From contig JAAEEL010000020.1 in assembly GCA_013415795.1 (NCBI GenBank), positions 1 to 37,334 of the forward strand: a stretch of 37,334 bases of DNA, given 5' to 3'. Under the pieces are notes generated by a model. It had not been told where the DNA came from. It worked only from the letters and a program-made list of their open reading frames with translations, and made no database searches. Below are positions 16,451 to 24,917 of this stretch, piece by piece. The position numbers and the translations under genes were made by a program. The stretch's first letter is position 1. Each line of letters starts with the position of its first letter. The DNA comes from Methanocellales archaeon (GTDB taxonomy: Archaea > Halobacteriota > UBA148).

Positions 16451-17968
16451 TTGAGTTCTTACCAAAGCATACTTAAGCAGGGGCTACCCAAACACACCAC
16501 TTCGCTGTGCCCAGAGTGCAAGAATGTCATTGGTGCGAAAATCTTTGAGCGGAATGATGCTGTTTGGATGTCGAAGGAGTGCCCAGATCATGGTCTTTTT
16601 GAGGATATCTACTGGTCAGATGTTGACATGTACCTTAAGGCAGAGAAATATTCATATGATGGTAAGGGCGTTCAAAACTACCAAACCATTGAGTCGAACT
16701 GTCCGTTTGATTGCGGGCTTTGCGACGTTCATCTGAGTTCCACTTGTCTTGGAAACATCGATGTTACAAACAGATGCAATCTATCATGCGATTTCTGTTT
16801 CGCAAATGCTAAGGTCCAAGAGAGAGTATACGAGCCTTCGTTTGAGCAAATAGAGGAGATGCTCGCTGCATTGAGGGGTGAGCGCCCGGTTCCCACACCT
16901 GCAGTTCAATTTTCTGGGGGAGAACCAACCCTAAGGGATGATCTTCCGGACATCATCAAGCTTGCCAAAAAAATGGGATTTCTACAAGTACAGGTAGCTA
17001 CAAATGGCGTCAGATTGGGAGAGGAACCTAGATATGCTCAAACGCTAAAGAGTGCTGGCCTAAGCACAGTCTATCTTCACTTCGATGGAGCATCTAGGAA
17101 TACAGAACCCCTAATAGAGATCAGAAAGAAAGCTATTGAACATTGCAGAAACGCAAGTCAGGGAGTTACGCTCGTTCCAACCATCATCAATGGTTTTAAC
17201 GATCATGAGATAGGGGATACCATCCGGCTTGCTGTAGAGAACATTGACATTGTAAGGGGTGTGAATTTCCAGCCCATCGCATTTACGGGGGCGGCTTCCG
17301 TCGGAGGGGAGCGACGACAAAGGTTCACGATCCCGGACCTAATAGATCGGATAGAACAACAAACAAACGGAGCGATAAAGAAAAGCGATTTCTATCCAGT
17401 TCCATGCGTCGTATCGCTATCAAAATTAGTCGAGGAATACACTGCAGAGCCCAAGATCGAATTCAGCGCTCACCCACATTGTGGTATGGCAACATACGTG
17501 TTTGTAAACGGAAAAGATCTCGTTCCAATAAATCGATTCGTTGACGTAGATAAATTCTTCAAATCCGTGGATGATGTGATTGACATCTTAAAATCTGGTG
17601 GTTTATTGGGCAGATCAAAAGCCATGATGAAAGGTGTGAAAGTGATAAACGATTGTATACATGAGAGTATTCAGCCAAAAAATGTGCATTTTAAGGAGAT
17701 GCTCAAGCAGATATTGAAAAAACAAAACTATAAATCGCTGGGAGAGTTCCATTGGAATGCGCTGTTCATCGGAGCAATGCACTTCCAAGATTCATATAAT
17801 TATGACATAGAACGTGTTAAGCGATGCGTGATTCATTACGCAACGCCCGATCCAGAAAGAAGGATTATACCTTTCTGTGCATACAATTCTGGCCCGAATT
17901 TTAGAGAAGAGATTGAACGAAAATACAGTATTCCGTTAGAGGAGTGGGAAAGCCAACATAGAAAATGA
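16451..17968 (+). CDS. tes: Radical-SAM enzyme, tetraether lipid synthase (Tes / GDGT-MAS, MJ0619-like)
   Basis: 505 aa. N-terminal Cys4 knuckle CPECKNV...ECPDHG, a second cluster CPFDCGLC, and the radical-SAM motif CNLSCDFC. The length and C-terminal IPFCAYN match my memory of MJ0619-type proteins. TTG start, 9 nt after GGGAGG. Confidence 0.75.
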   Translation: MSSYQSILKQGLPKHTTSLCPECKNVIGAKIFERNDAVWMSKECPDHGLFEDIYWSDVDMYLKAEKYSYDGKGVQNYQTIESNCPFDCGLCDVHLSSTCLGNIDVTNRCNLSCDFCFANAKVQERVYEPSFEQIEEMLAALRGERPVPTPAVQFSGGEPTLRDDLPDIIKLAKKMGFLQVQVATNGVRLGEEPRYAQTLKSAGLSTVYLHFDGASRNTEPLIEIRKKAIEHCRNASQGVTLVPTIINGFNDHEIGDTIRLAVENIDIVRGVNFQPIAFTGAASVGGERRQRFTIPDLIDRIEQQTNGAIKKSDFYPVPCVVSLSKLVEEYTAEPKIEFSAHPHCGMATYVFVNGKDLVPINRFVDVDKFFKSVDDVIDILKSGGLLGRSKAMMKGVKVINDCIHESIQPKNVHFKEMLKQILKKQNYKSLGEFHWNALFIGAMHFQDSYNYDIERVKRCVIHYATPDPERRIIPFCAYNSGPNFREEIERKYSIPLEEWESQHRK

Positions 17969-17978
17969 TTTGTGCAAC

Positions 17979-17986
17979 TTTTTTTT
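17979..17986 (+). terminator. Candidate oligo-T (T8) terminator after tes
   Basis: T8 run 11 nt after the tes stop. Its function is inferred. Confidence 0.4.
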
Positions 17987-18041
17987 GATCTTTGGAGTAA
18001 TAAAAAGATAATTAAACTAGCAAATGCGAGAATGAATGTAG

Positions 18042-19277
18042 GTGAATGACTTGAGATTAAGCGATGTTGATCCAGAAGTGGCAAGAGCAATTATGCAGGA
18101 AAAGAAAAGGGAAAAATCCGGATTAGAGTTGATCGCCTCTGAAAACTTTGTTAGCGAGGCTGTCTTAGAGGCACAAGGCTCAGTCATGACGAACAAGTAT
18201 GCTGAAGGCTATCCATCAAGGCGATATTATGGTGGTTGTGAATACATGGACGTCGTGGAAAACTTGGCTATAGAGAGAGTCAAGAAGATTTTTGGTGCCG
18301 AACATGCGAACGTCCAACCACACTCTGGATCGCAAGCAAACATGGCCGTTTACTTCGCAATGCTAAATGTAGGTGATACTATAATGGGGATGGAATTATC
18401 CCATGGCGGCCATCTGACACATGGAAGCCCAGCAAGCTTTTCAGGGAAGCTTTTTAACGTCGTCACCTATGGTGTGGATCGAAAGACACAAATGATCAAT
18501 CATGATGATGTGAAAAAACTCGCAAAAATACATAAACCCAAGATGATCGTGGTAGGTGCTAGCGCATATCCAAGGGAAATAGATTTTTCTGCCTTCAGAG
18601 AGATAGCTGATACCGTCGGTGCATACTTAATGGCGGACATTGCCCATATAGCGGGATTAATTGTGGGTGGAGTTCATCAGAATCCTGTGAAACATGCGCA
18701 TTTTATCACGAGTACCACCCATAAGACGTTGCGCGGCGCTCGTGGCGGATTCATTCTTTGCAAGAAAGAATACGCCAAGGCTATAGACAAGACGGTTTTT
18801 CCAGGAATTCAAGGTGGTCCTTTGATGCATTCCATCGCTGCCAAAGCTGTCACTTTCAAAGAGGCTATGGATCCAGAGTTTGTAAATTATCAAAAACAGA
18901 TTATAAAAAATTCAAAGGCATTAGCTGATGAGTTGATGAAAAAAGGATTTGATCTAGTCTCCGGCGGAACTGATAATCATCTGATGCTTGTAGATCTGAC
19001 TAGCAGAGGAATAACAGGTAAAGAGGCTGAAGAGGCTCTAAATGAAGTTAACATCATAGTGAATAAGAATACTATCCCGTTCGATCCGAAAAGTCCTTTT
19101 ATCGCTTCTGGTATAAGGATAGGTACACCAGCAGTGACAACAAGGGGGATGAAAGAGAACGAGATGAGAGATATAGCAGACATGATCAGTATATTGCTAT
19201 CAGACATTGATAACGAGAAGATACGCATAAATGTGAAAAAAGAAGTAGAGGATATTTGTAGTCAATTTCCACTTTAA
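18042..19277 (+). CDS. glyA: Serine hydroxymethyltransferase
   Basis: 411 aa with PLP-lysine motif [23 protein letters not shown] and [13 protein letters not shown] start (TTG at 18051 is an alternative). Confidence 0.95.
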   Translation: MNDLRLSDVDPEVARAIMQEKKREKSGLELIASENFVSEAVLEAQGSVMTNKYAEGYPSRRYYGGCEYMDVVENLAIERVKKIFGAEHANVQPHSGSQANMAVYFAMLNVGDTIMGMELSHGGHLTHGSPASFSGKLFNVVTYGVDRKTQMINHDDVKKLAKIHKPKMIVVGASAYPREIDFSAFREIADTVGAYLMADIAHIAGLIVGGVHQNPVKHAHFITSTTHKTLRGARGGFILCKKEYAKAIDKTVFPGIQGGPLMHSIAAKAVTFKEAMDPEFVNYQKQIIKNSKALADELMKKGFDLVSGGTDNHLMLVDLTSRGITGKEAEEALNEVNIIVNKNTIPFDPKSPFIASGIRIGTPAVTTRGMKENEMRDIADMISILLSDIDNEKIRINVKKEVEDICSQFPL

Positions 19278-19295
19278 CTTTATTAGGTATGAATT

Positions 19296-20141
19296 ATGAT
19301 CATCGACGGACATAAGATTGCTGAAGAAATCCAAGAAGAAGTTGCAAGAGGGGTCAAAAGGCTTAGAGAGTATTATGGGGTTACCCCATGTTTAGCTACT
19401 ATCTTGGTTGGGGAAGACCCCGCATCAAAGACATATCTTTCGATGAAAAGGCGAGCTTGTGAAAGAACAACAATACATTATGAAGAGTATCTTTTTCCGG
19501 AAAGGGTGCAACAAGAGGAGTTGATTAAACTAATTCAGGAGTTGAACAATGATTTGAAGATTCATGGCATCTTGATACAGCTTCCTTTACCAGCACATTT
19601 GGATGAAGACTTCGTCTTAGAAAGAGTTTCGCCAAAAAAGGATGTCGACGGATTTCACCCCCTTAACCTGGGCAATCTACTTATTGGTAAAGAAAATATG
19701 CCTCCTTGTACGCCTTCTGGCATAGTTTTCATGCTAGAAAAGATAGGCTTGAATCTGAAAGGTATACATGTTGTTGTGGTAGGTAGAAGTAAGATCGTCG
19801 GTCGACCCCTTGCAGCGATGTTTTTGAATAGGGATGCTACAGTCACAATTTGTCACTCAAAAACGAAGGACCTAAAAAGATACACCAATCAAGCCGATAT
19901 ATTGGTGGTGGCCGTTGGCAGGGCCAAGTTAATCACAAAAGAAATGATAAAGGAGGGCACAGTGATTATCGACGTTGGGATGAACAGGGTTGAGGGAAAA
20001 CTTTGTGGTGACGTAGATTTTGAAGACGTCAAGGAAAAAGCTTCTGCCATAACACCTGTACCTCGCGGTGTTGGACCTGTGACAGTAGCTATGTTGATGA
20101 AGAATACTTTAATTGCAGCGAAGAGCACGTTAAGAGGGTAA
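19296..20141 (+). CDS. folD: Bifunctional 5,10-methylene-tetrahydrofolate dehydrogenase / 5,10-methenyl-tetrahydrofolate cyclohydrolase
   Basis: 281 aa with YLSMKRRACE, VVVGRSKIVGRPLA and TPVPRGVGPVT motifs. Confidence 0.95.
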   Translation: MIIDGHKIAEEIQEEVARGVKRLREYYGVTPCLATILVGEDPASKTYLSMKRRACERTTIHYEEYLFPERVQQEELIKLIQELNNDLKIHGILIQLPLPAHLDEDFVLERVSPKKDVDGFHPLNLGNLLIGKENMPPCTPSGIVFMLEKIGLNLKGIHVVVVGRSKIVGRPLAAMFLNRDATVTICHSKTKDLKRYTNQADILVVAVGRAKLITKEMIKEGTVIIDVGMNRVEGKLCGDVDFEDVKEKASAITPVPRGVGPVTVAMLMKNTLIAAKSTLRG

Positions 20142-20142
20142 G

Positions 20143-20712
20143 ATGAAGAGGTGCATCAAAAACAAGATTCTCTTAATAAGAGATGCACAGTCCAATGAAG
20201 AAAGGATATCCAAAAGTTTGCGGATAGAAAAAAATCTTCTTGGATTAGAGGAGTTTGACAAAGCTAAAACGGTCATGTTCTACATCTCAAAGGGCAGCGA
20301 AGTTCATACAAAGATGATGATAAAAGAGACGATTAGGAGGGAGAAGAAAGTCGTTGTTCCTGTCACGAAGTTAGATCAGAGAGAACTCGTTGTATCTGAG
20401 CTGCTGGATTTGGATGAACTTAAGTTGGGTGCTTTTGACGTTCCAGAGCCAAAGAACCCAAAACCCTTTCCTGTAGATAAAATAGATTTGATTGTAGTTC
20501 CGGGCATAGCATTCGATAAGAGGGGAAACCGTCTAGGATATGGTCTGGGCTTCTATGATAGATTTTTGTGCTCATTGAAAGAGGGTGCAACCATATTGGC
20601 ACTAGCCTATGATTTCCAGGTCTTGGAAGAAATACCAAATGATCACCATGATGTGCCTGCTGACATAATCATAACCGAGAGCCAAATAATAAGTCCTCTT
20701 AAAAGAGGGTGA
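20143..20712 (+). CDS. 5-formyltetrahydrofolate cyclo-ligase (MTHFS)
   Basis: 189 aa with VVPGIAFDKRGNRLGYGLGFYDRFL, the family signature. It starts 1 nt after the folD stop. Confidence 0.85.
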   Translation: MKRCIKNKILLIRDAQSNEERISKSLRIEKNLLGLEEFDKAKTVMFYISKGSEVHTKMMIKETIRREKKVVVPVTKLDQRELVVSELLDLDELKLGAFDVPEPKNPKPFPVDKIDLIVVPGIAFDKRGNRLGYGLGFYDRFLCSLKEGATILALAYDFQVLEEIPNDHHDVPADIIITESQIISPLKRG

Positions 20713-20716
20713 CATC

Positions 20717-21331
20717 TTGCGAAGAATAAATATAGGGATACTCGTATCGGTCTCAAGTTGGGGAGGAAACTTAAAATCCGTTATAGAGCATGTTAAGAGA
20801 CGTGAACTAAACGTGAACATTGCAGTAGTAATCTCTGATGGTCTAAATGAACACATTTTAGACGTGACAAAGAAGCACAACATCAGGAGCGAAATTATCT
20901 ATCCAGACAGGAAGAGCGTTGAGGAATACGATGAAGAATTGATCTCCTGCTTGAAGGATAATTCAGTAGATTTAGTCGTGATGGATGGATACATGAGGAT
21001 CCTAAGCCATAGAGTTGTCTCTACCTATAAAAACAGGATTATGAACGTTCACCCCGCCCTACTTCCAAGTTTTCCTGGCCTGAACGCATGGCAGCAGGCA
21101 TTAGATTATGGCGTGAAGATATCTGGATGCACAATTCACTTCGCGGATGAGAACATCGATTCAGGACCGATAATTTTGCAGAGTCCTGTCCCCGTTAGAG
21201 ATGATGATACAGTTGAATCATTGCGCAAAAGAATTCTCAAAGAGGAGATGAGGCTTTACATAGAGGCAATTAAACTTTTCGCAGAGGAGAAGATAAGAGT
21301 AGTTGGAAGAAAGGTGGAGATAGAAAGATGA
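20717..21331 (+). CDS. purN: Phosphoribosylglycinamide formyltransferase (folate-dependent)
   Basis: 204 aa with NVHPALLPSFPG and GCTIHFADENIDSGPII. TTG start with AGAGGGTGA upstream. Confidence 0.9.
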   Translation: MRRINIGILVSVSSWGGNLKSVIEHVKRRELNVNIAVVISDGLNEHILDVTKKHNIRSEIIYPDRKSVEEYDEELISCLKDNSVDLVVMDGYMRILSHRVVSTYKNRIMNVHPALLPSFPGLNAWQQALDYGVKISGCTIHFADENIDSGPIILQSPVPVRDDDTVESLRKRILKEEMRLYIEAIKLFAEEKIRVVGRKVEIER

Positions 21332-22263
21332 AAAGATGCCTAAAACTAACTTTTGAGAAAATTCAAGATTTAAGATATGGGGAAAATGCACATCAAAAAG
21401 CAGCCTTCTACCGAGACCCCAAGTTCAAAGGTGCATGCGTGGCTAACTCAACACAGCTTCATGGAAAGATGCTGTCGTTTAACAACATCGTTGATCTGGA
21501 TGCCGCCTTAGAGTTGGTGAAGGAATTTGAAAGACCTGCAGTAGCGATAATAAAGCACACCAATCCTTGTGGAGCTGCGTGCGGTGATAATATTTACGCT
21601 GCATATAAGAAAGCGCATGCATCAGACCCTCTTTCTGCCTTTGGTAGCATTGTTGCATTGAACAGAGAATGCGATCCGGAGACTGCCAAAGAAGTCACAT
21701 CGACTTTTGTAGAGGCAATTATCTCCCCCAGTTACAATGACAATGCACTGGAGACATTGAAGAAAAAAAAGAATTTGCGTGTATTGGAGGTAGGCGATCT
21801 TATCAAAACGACCGAGAAGGACGTGAAAAAAGTCGTTGGTGGGCTCTTAGTTCAAGATAGAGATGTTATAGGAATAGGTAATTTGAAGATCGTGACTGAG
21901 AAAAAGCCAAGCGAAGAGGAGATGAAAACGCTATTGTTCGTTTGGAAAATTGTTAAACATGTGAAATCCAACGCAATAGTGCTCGCCCATGATGAGCAGA
22001 CCGTTGGCGTAGGTGCAGGCCAGATGAGTAGAGTTGATGCCGTCGAGATAGCAATAAAAAAAGCAGGATATCGGACACAGAAGAGTTGCATGGCATCGGA
22101 TGCTTTCTTCCCCTTCAGAGATGCAATAGATGTGGCAGCTAATGCGGGCATTACGGCCATAATACAGCCGGGCGGATCCATTAGAGATGAGGAGATTATT
22201 CGGGCTGCAAACGATTACAACATTCCAATGGTTTTCACCAGAATACGACACTTCAAGCACTGA
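21328..22263 (+). CDS. purH: AICAR formyltransferase (PurH C-terminal AICARFT domain only; no MGS-like IMP cyclohydrolase domain)
   Basis: 311 aa beginning directly at the AICARFT motif LRYGENAHQKAAFY, then KHTNPCGAA and QPGGSIRD. It has a 4-nt overlap with purN. Confidence 0.9.
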   Translation: MKRCLKLTFEKIQDLRYGENAHQKAAFYRDPKFKGACVANSTQLHGKMLSFNNIVDLDAALELVKEFERPAVAIIKHTNPCGAACGDNIYAAYKKAHASDPLSAFGSIVALNRECDPETAKEVTSTFVEAIISPSYNDNALETLKKKKNLRVLEVGDLIKTTEKDVKKVVGGLLVQDRDVIGIGNLKIVTEKKPSEEEMKTLLFVWKIVKHVKSNAIVLAHDEQTVGVGAGQMSRVDAVEIAIKKAGYRTQKSCMASDAFFPFRDAIDVAANAGITAIIQPGGSIRDEEIIRAANDYNIPMVFTRIRHFKH

Positions 22264-22273
22264 GGATTTTTGC

Positions 22274-23494
22274 ATGATGATCTTCGATGAAATTGCTGGC
22301 ATGATGATAGGTGATTCATGTCCGACAAAGATCATGGGAGTCATAAATCTGAGTGGGGAATCATTTTACAAGGGTTCTGTAGCCAGCGGAGACGAAGTGG
22401 TCGAAAGGGCATCCATAATGATTGAAGAAGGGGCTGATATTATAGATGTTGGCGCTCGTTCTACTGCCCCTGGTGTTAGACAAATTTCAGTGCAAGATGA
22501 AAGAGAGAGACTGATACCTGCCTTAAAAGGTGTTCTAGAACTCGGTGTTCCCATATCTGTGGATACGCAATACTCGGAGATAGCTGAGGTTGCTCTGGAC
22601 ATGGGTGCATGGATAATAAACGATGTCAGTGGACTAAAGACGGATCCTAAGATGGCAGACACAATATCTGATTTTAATGTGCCAGTTATATTGATGGCAT
22701 CCAAGGTAAAGCCTGGTGATTGCCTTACATTTCCAGAGATCGTGTCATCTTTGGTCGATAGCATCGCATTAGCCGATGGTAAGGGAATAAGCAAGATAAT
22801 CATTGATCCTGGCATTGGCAGATGGGTAGAAGAAAAGACATACGAGTATAATCTGGATATCATAAACGGTCTTGAGAGGCTTAGAGTTCTTGGAAAACCC
22901 ATCTTAGTTGCCATATCACGCAAATCCTTCATCGGTGATATCCTAGGCGTACCAGAACCCTGTGACCGGTTAGCTGGCACTTTAGCATGCACTGCCATCG
23001 CCGTTTATAAAGGAGCACACATAGTGAGGACGCACGACATAAAGGAGACAAGAGATTTAATCAGAACAGCAAGAGCTACAAGAGGAGGAAAGATTGTGGC
23101 GGAAAAAGGAGATTACCGGGTTATCAATATAGATTACCTAAAAAGCCCAGAAGATTCCGTCGAGCTCATGAGATCTCTTGACGTGACGGAGATGGGCATA
23201 AAGATCATGAGCGGAAAGACTGTTTCTAGGGTTATTCTCATCAAAAATGTAACAGCACCAGAGGCTTTAATCATAAAACAGGAAATGCTCGCCAGAGGGG
23301 GGGACGCAGCCATACCCATGGGAACTATGTCAGGCGAGATAAAAAGAGTAGACATTATTATCATGGGCACGATTTTACAAATTAACGAGTTGATAAAGAA
23401 GCTAAAGATGCAATCTTTCAACCTGCCTGTGATAAGCAGCTTAATCAGGGATGTGCTTGAAAAGGAGCGGGACGTAAAATATCTTTACAGGTGA
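22274..23494 (+). CDS. folP: Dihydropteroate synthase with an extra ~133-aa C-terminal domain of unknown function
   Basis: Pterin-binding motifs GVINLSGESFYKGS, DVGARSTAPG, ISVDT, INDVSG, IIDPGIG, SRKSFIG and VRTHDI occupy about the first 270 aa. I place the start at ATG 22274, after the purH stop (the longest ORF starts at 22187 inside purH). The extension is encoded at about 23093-23491. Confidence 0.85.
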   Translation: MMIFDEIAGMMIGDSCPTKIMGVINLSGESFYKGSVASGDEVVERASIMIEEGADIIDVGARSTAPGVRQISVQDERERLIPALKGVLELGVPISVDTQYSEIAEVALDMGAWIINDVSGLKTDPKMADTISDFNVPVILMASKVKPGDCLTFPEIVSSLVDSIALADGKGISKIIIDPGIGRWVEEKTYEYNLDIINGLERLRVLGKPILVAISRKSFIGDILGVPEPCDRLAGTLACTAIAVYKGAHIVRTHDIKETRDLIRTARATRGGKIVAEKGDYRVINIDYLKSPEDSVELMRSLDVTEMGIKIMSGKTVSRVILIKNVTAPEALIIKQEMLARGGDAAIPMGTMSGEIKRVDIIIMGTILQINELIKKLKMQSFNLPVISSLIRDVLEKERDVKYLYR

Positions 23495-24273
23495 AATCCT
23501 TGAAAAAGATGAGTCTATATTCTATAAATACACCCATAATCCGACCTGGGGATAATATTGCGAAAGTTATGATTAATGCATTGGAGAAGGAAAAGTTACA
23601 CTTGAAGGACGGAGATATCATAGTTATTGCTGAAAGTGTAGTTGCTACCTCTCAAGGTAGATTAGAAAAATTAGATCAAGTTAATCCTTCAGAAGGTGCG
23701 ATTAGATTGGCTAAAGAATATGATCTTGATCCTAAGATTGCGGAGATAGTCCTAAGAGAGGCCAACGAGGTATGTGGTGGGGTGAAAGGAGTATTGTTAA
23801 CCCAGAAAGATGGTTTGTTCGTTGCCAATGCAGGTGTGGACTCCTCTAATGCCCCCAAGGACTATGTTGTACTGCTGCCAAAGGAGCCTCAAAAAACAGC
23901 AGATGGTATAAAAAAGCAGGTCGAAAAGAAAACTGGAAAGAAGATAGGTATAATCATAGGAGATAGTAGAGTTATTCCGCTTAAAAGGGGGGTAATAGGC
24001 GTTGCACTGGCAACGGCAGGCATAGAGCCTGTGGAAGACTGCAGGGGAATGGTCGATCTATTTGGAAGGAAATTGCAGGTGACCTTTAGGGCGATAGCCG
24101 ATGATGTAGTTTCTGCAGCACAAATCCTCATGGGGGAGGCAGACGAACAAAGTCCGATGGTGCTAATAAGGGGGGCCCCAATTAAATTTACTGAAGAGCC
24201 ACAACAAGAGATGCAATTGTCGCCGGAAGAATGCATGTACATGAATGTCTTTCAACTGAGACATACGAATTGA
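23491..24273 (+). CDS. CofE-like gamma-glutamyl ligase (F420-0:L-glutamate ligase family)
   Basis: 260 aa with DGDIIVIAESVVATSQGR, ANAGVDSSNAP, GIIIGDS and MGEADEQSPMVLIRG, which match my memory of the CofE fold family. The GTG start overlaps the folP stop (GTGA); ATG at 23509 is an alternative. Confidence 0.75.
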   Translation: MKSLKKMSLYSINTPIIRPGDNIAKVMINALEKEKLHLKDGDIIVIAESVVATSQGRLEKLDQVNPSEGAIRLAKEYDLDPKIAEIVLREANEVCGGVKGVLLTQKDGLFVANAGVDSSNAPKDYVVLLPKEPQKTADGIKKQVEKKTGKKIGIIIGDSRVIPLKRGVIGVALATAGIEPVEDCRGMVDLFGRKLQVTFRAIADDVVSAAQILMGEADEQSPMVLIRGAPIKFTEEPQQEMQLSPEECMYMNVFQLRHTN

Positions 24274-24518
24274 AATATCGTCGTTACTTATTGGTATCAT
24301 AGGCTGGTCTTTCTTTTATTTATATTTGGATACCTATACCATAAACATGCTAAATTTGAATTCTACTTTTTCATATAAATAAAATAAAAATGAGGTTTAT
24401 CTACAAGCATTGGGTTATTCATAGACGGATGGATTGATAGGTATCATATGTCATTAGGTCAATAGAAATCGATAGATAATATAAACAACACAATCAAATA
24501 AAAATAAAATACAACAGC

Positions 24519-24591
24519 AGCCCGGTGGTGTAGTGGTCAATCATACAAGGCTCTGGACCTTGTGACTGCGGTTCGAATCCGTGCCGGGCTA
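24519..24591 (+). tRNA. tRNA-Gln (anticodon CTG), no intron
   Basis: Folded by hand. Acceptor AGCCCGG/CCGGGCT, anticodon stem CAAGG/CCTTG with loop CTCTGGA, T loop TTCGAAT, discriminator A. Confidence 0.85.
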
Positions 24592-24668
24592 TTATTGATG
24601 CTATCTTGGTTCATGTTCTGAAAAACGGGTCAGAATAGCGGAAAATTTATAGGTATTAAGTGCACCTA

Positions 24669-24911
24669 ATGTTTAGAGGATTTATTTTGTTTCCGAATGA
24701 TAAAGTTAAAGGATTAGTTGGCTCAAAAGTTCAGATTGAAATGAAAGGCGAAAAATCTACTCTTGAGGGCATATTAGAGATTGCAGATGAATATCTAAAC
24801 CTACACTTGATGAACACCACCGAGATCGTCGATGGGAAAAAAGTGAGAGCGTTAGGATCGGTCTTGGTACGTGGCAACAATATCATTCTTGTAAATCCAG
24901 TCAATGAGTGA
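24669..24911 (+). CDS. Sm-like (LSm/SmAP) RNA-binding protein
   Basis: 80 aa with an Sm1-Sm2 pattern (VQIEMKGEKSTLEGILEIADEYLNLHL ... LGSVLVRGNNIILVNP). ATG 24669 is preferred over the GTG at 24660. Confidence 0.85.
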   Translation: MFRGFILFPNDKVKGLVGSKVQIEMKGEKSTLEGILEIADEYLNLHLMNTTEIVDGKKVRALGSVLVRGNNIILVNPVNE

Positions 24912-24917
24912 GATGAA

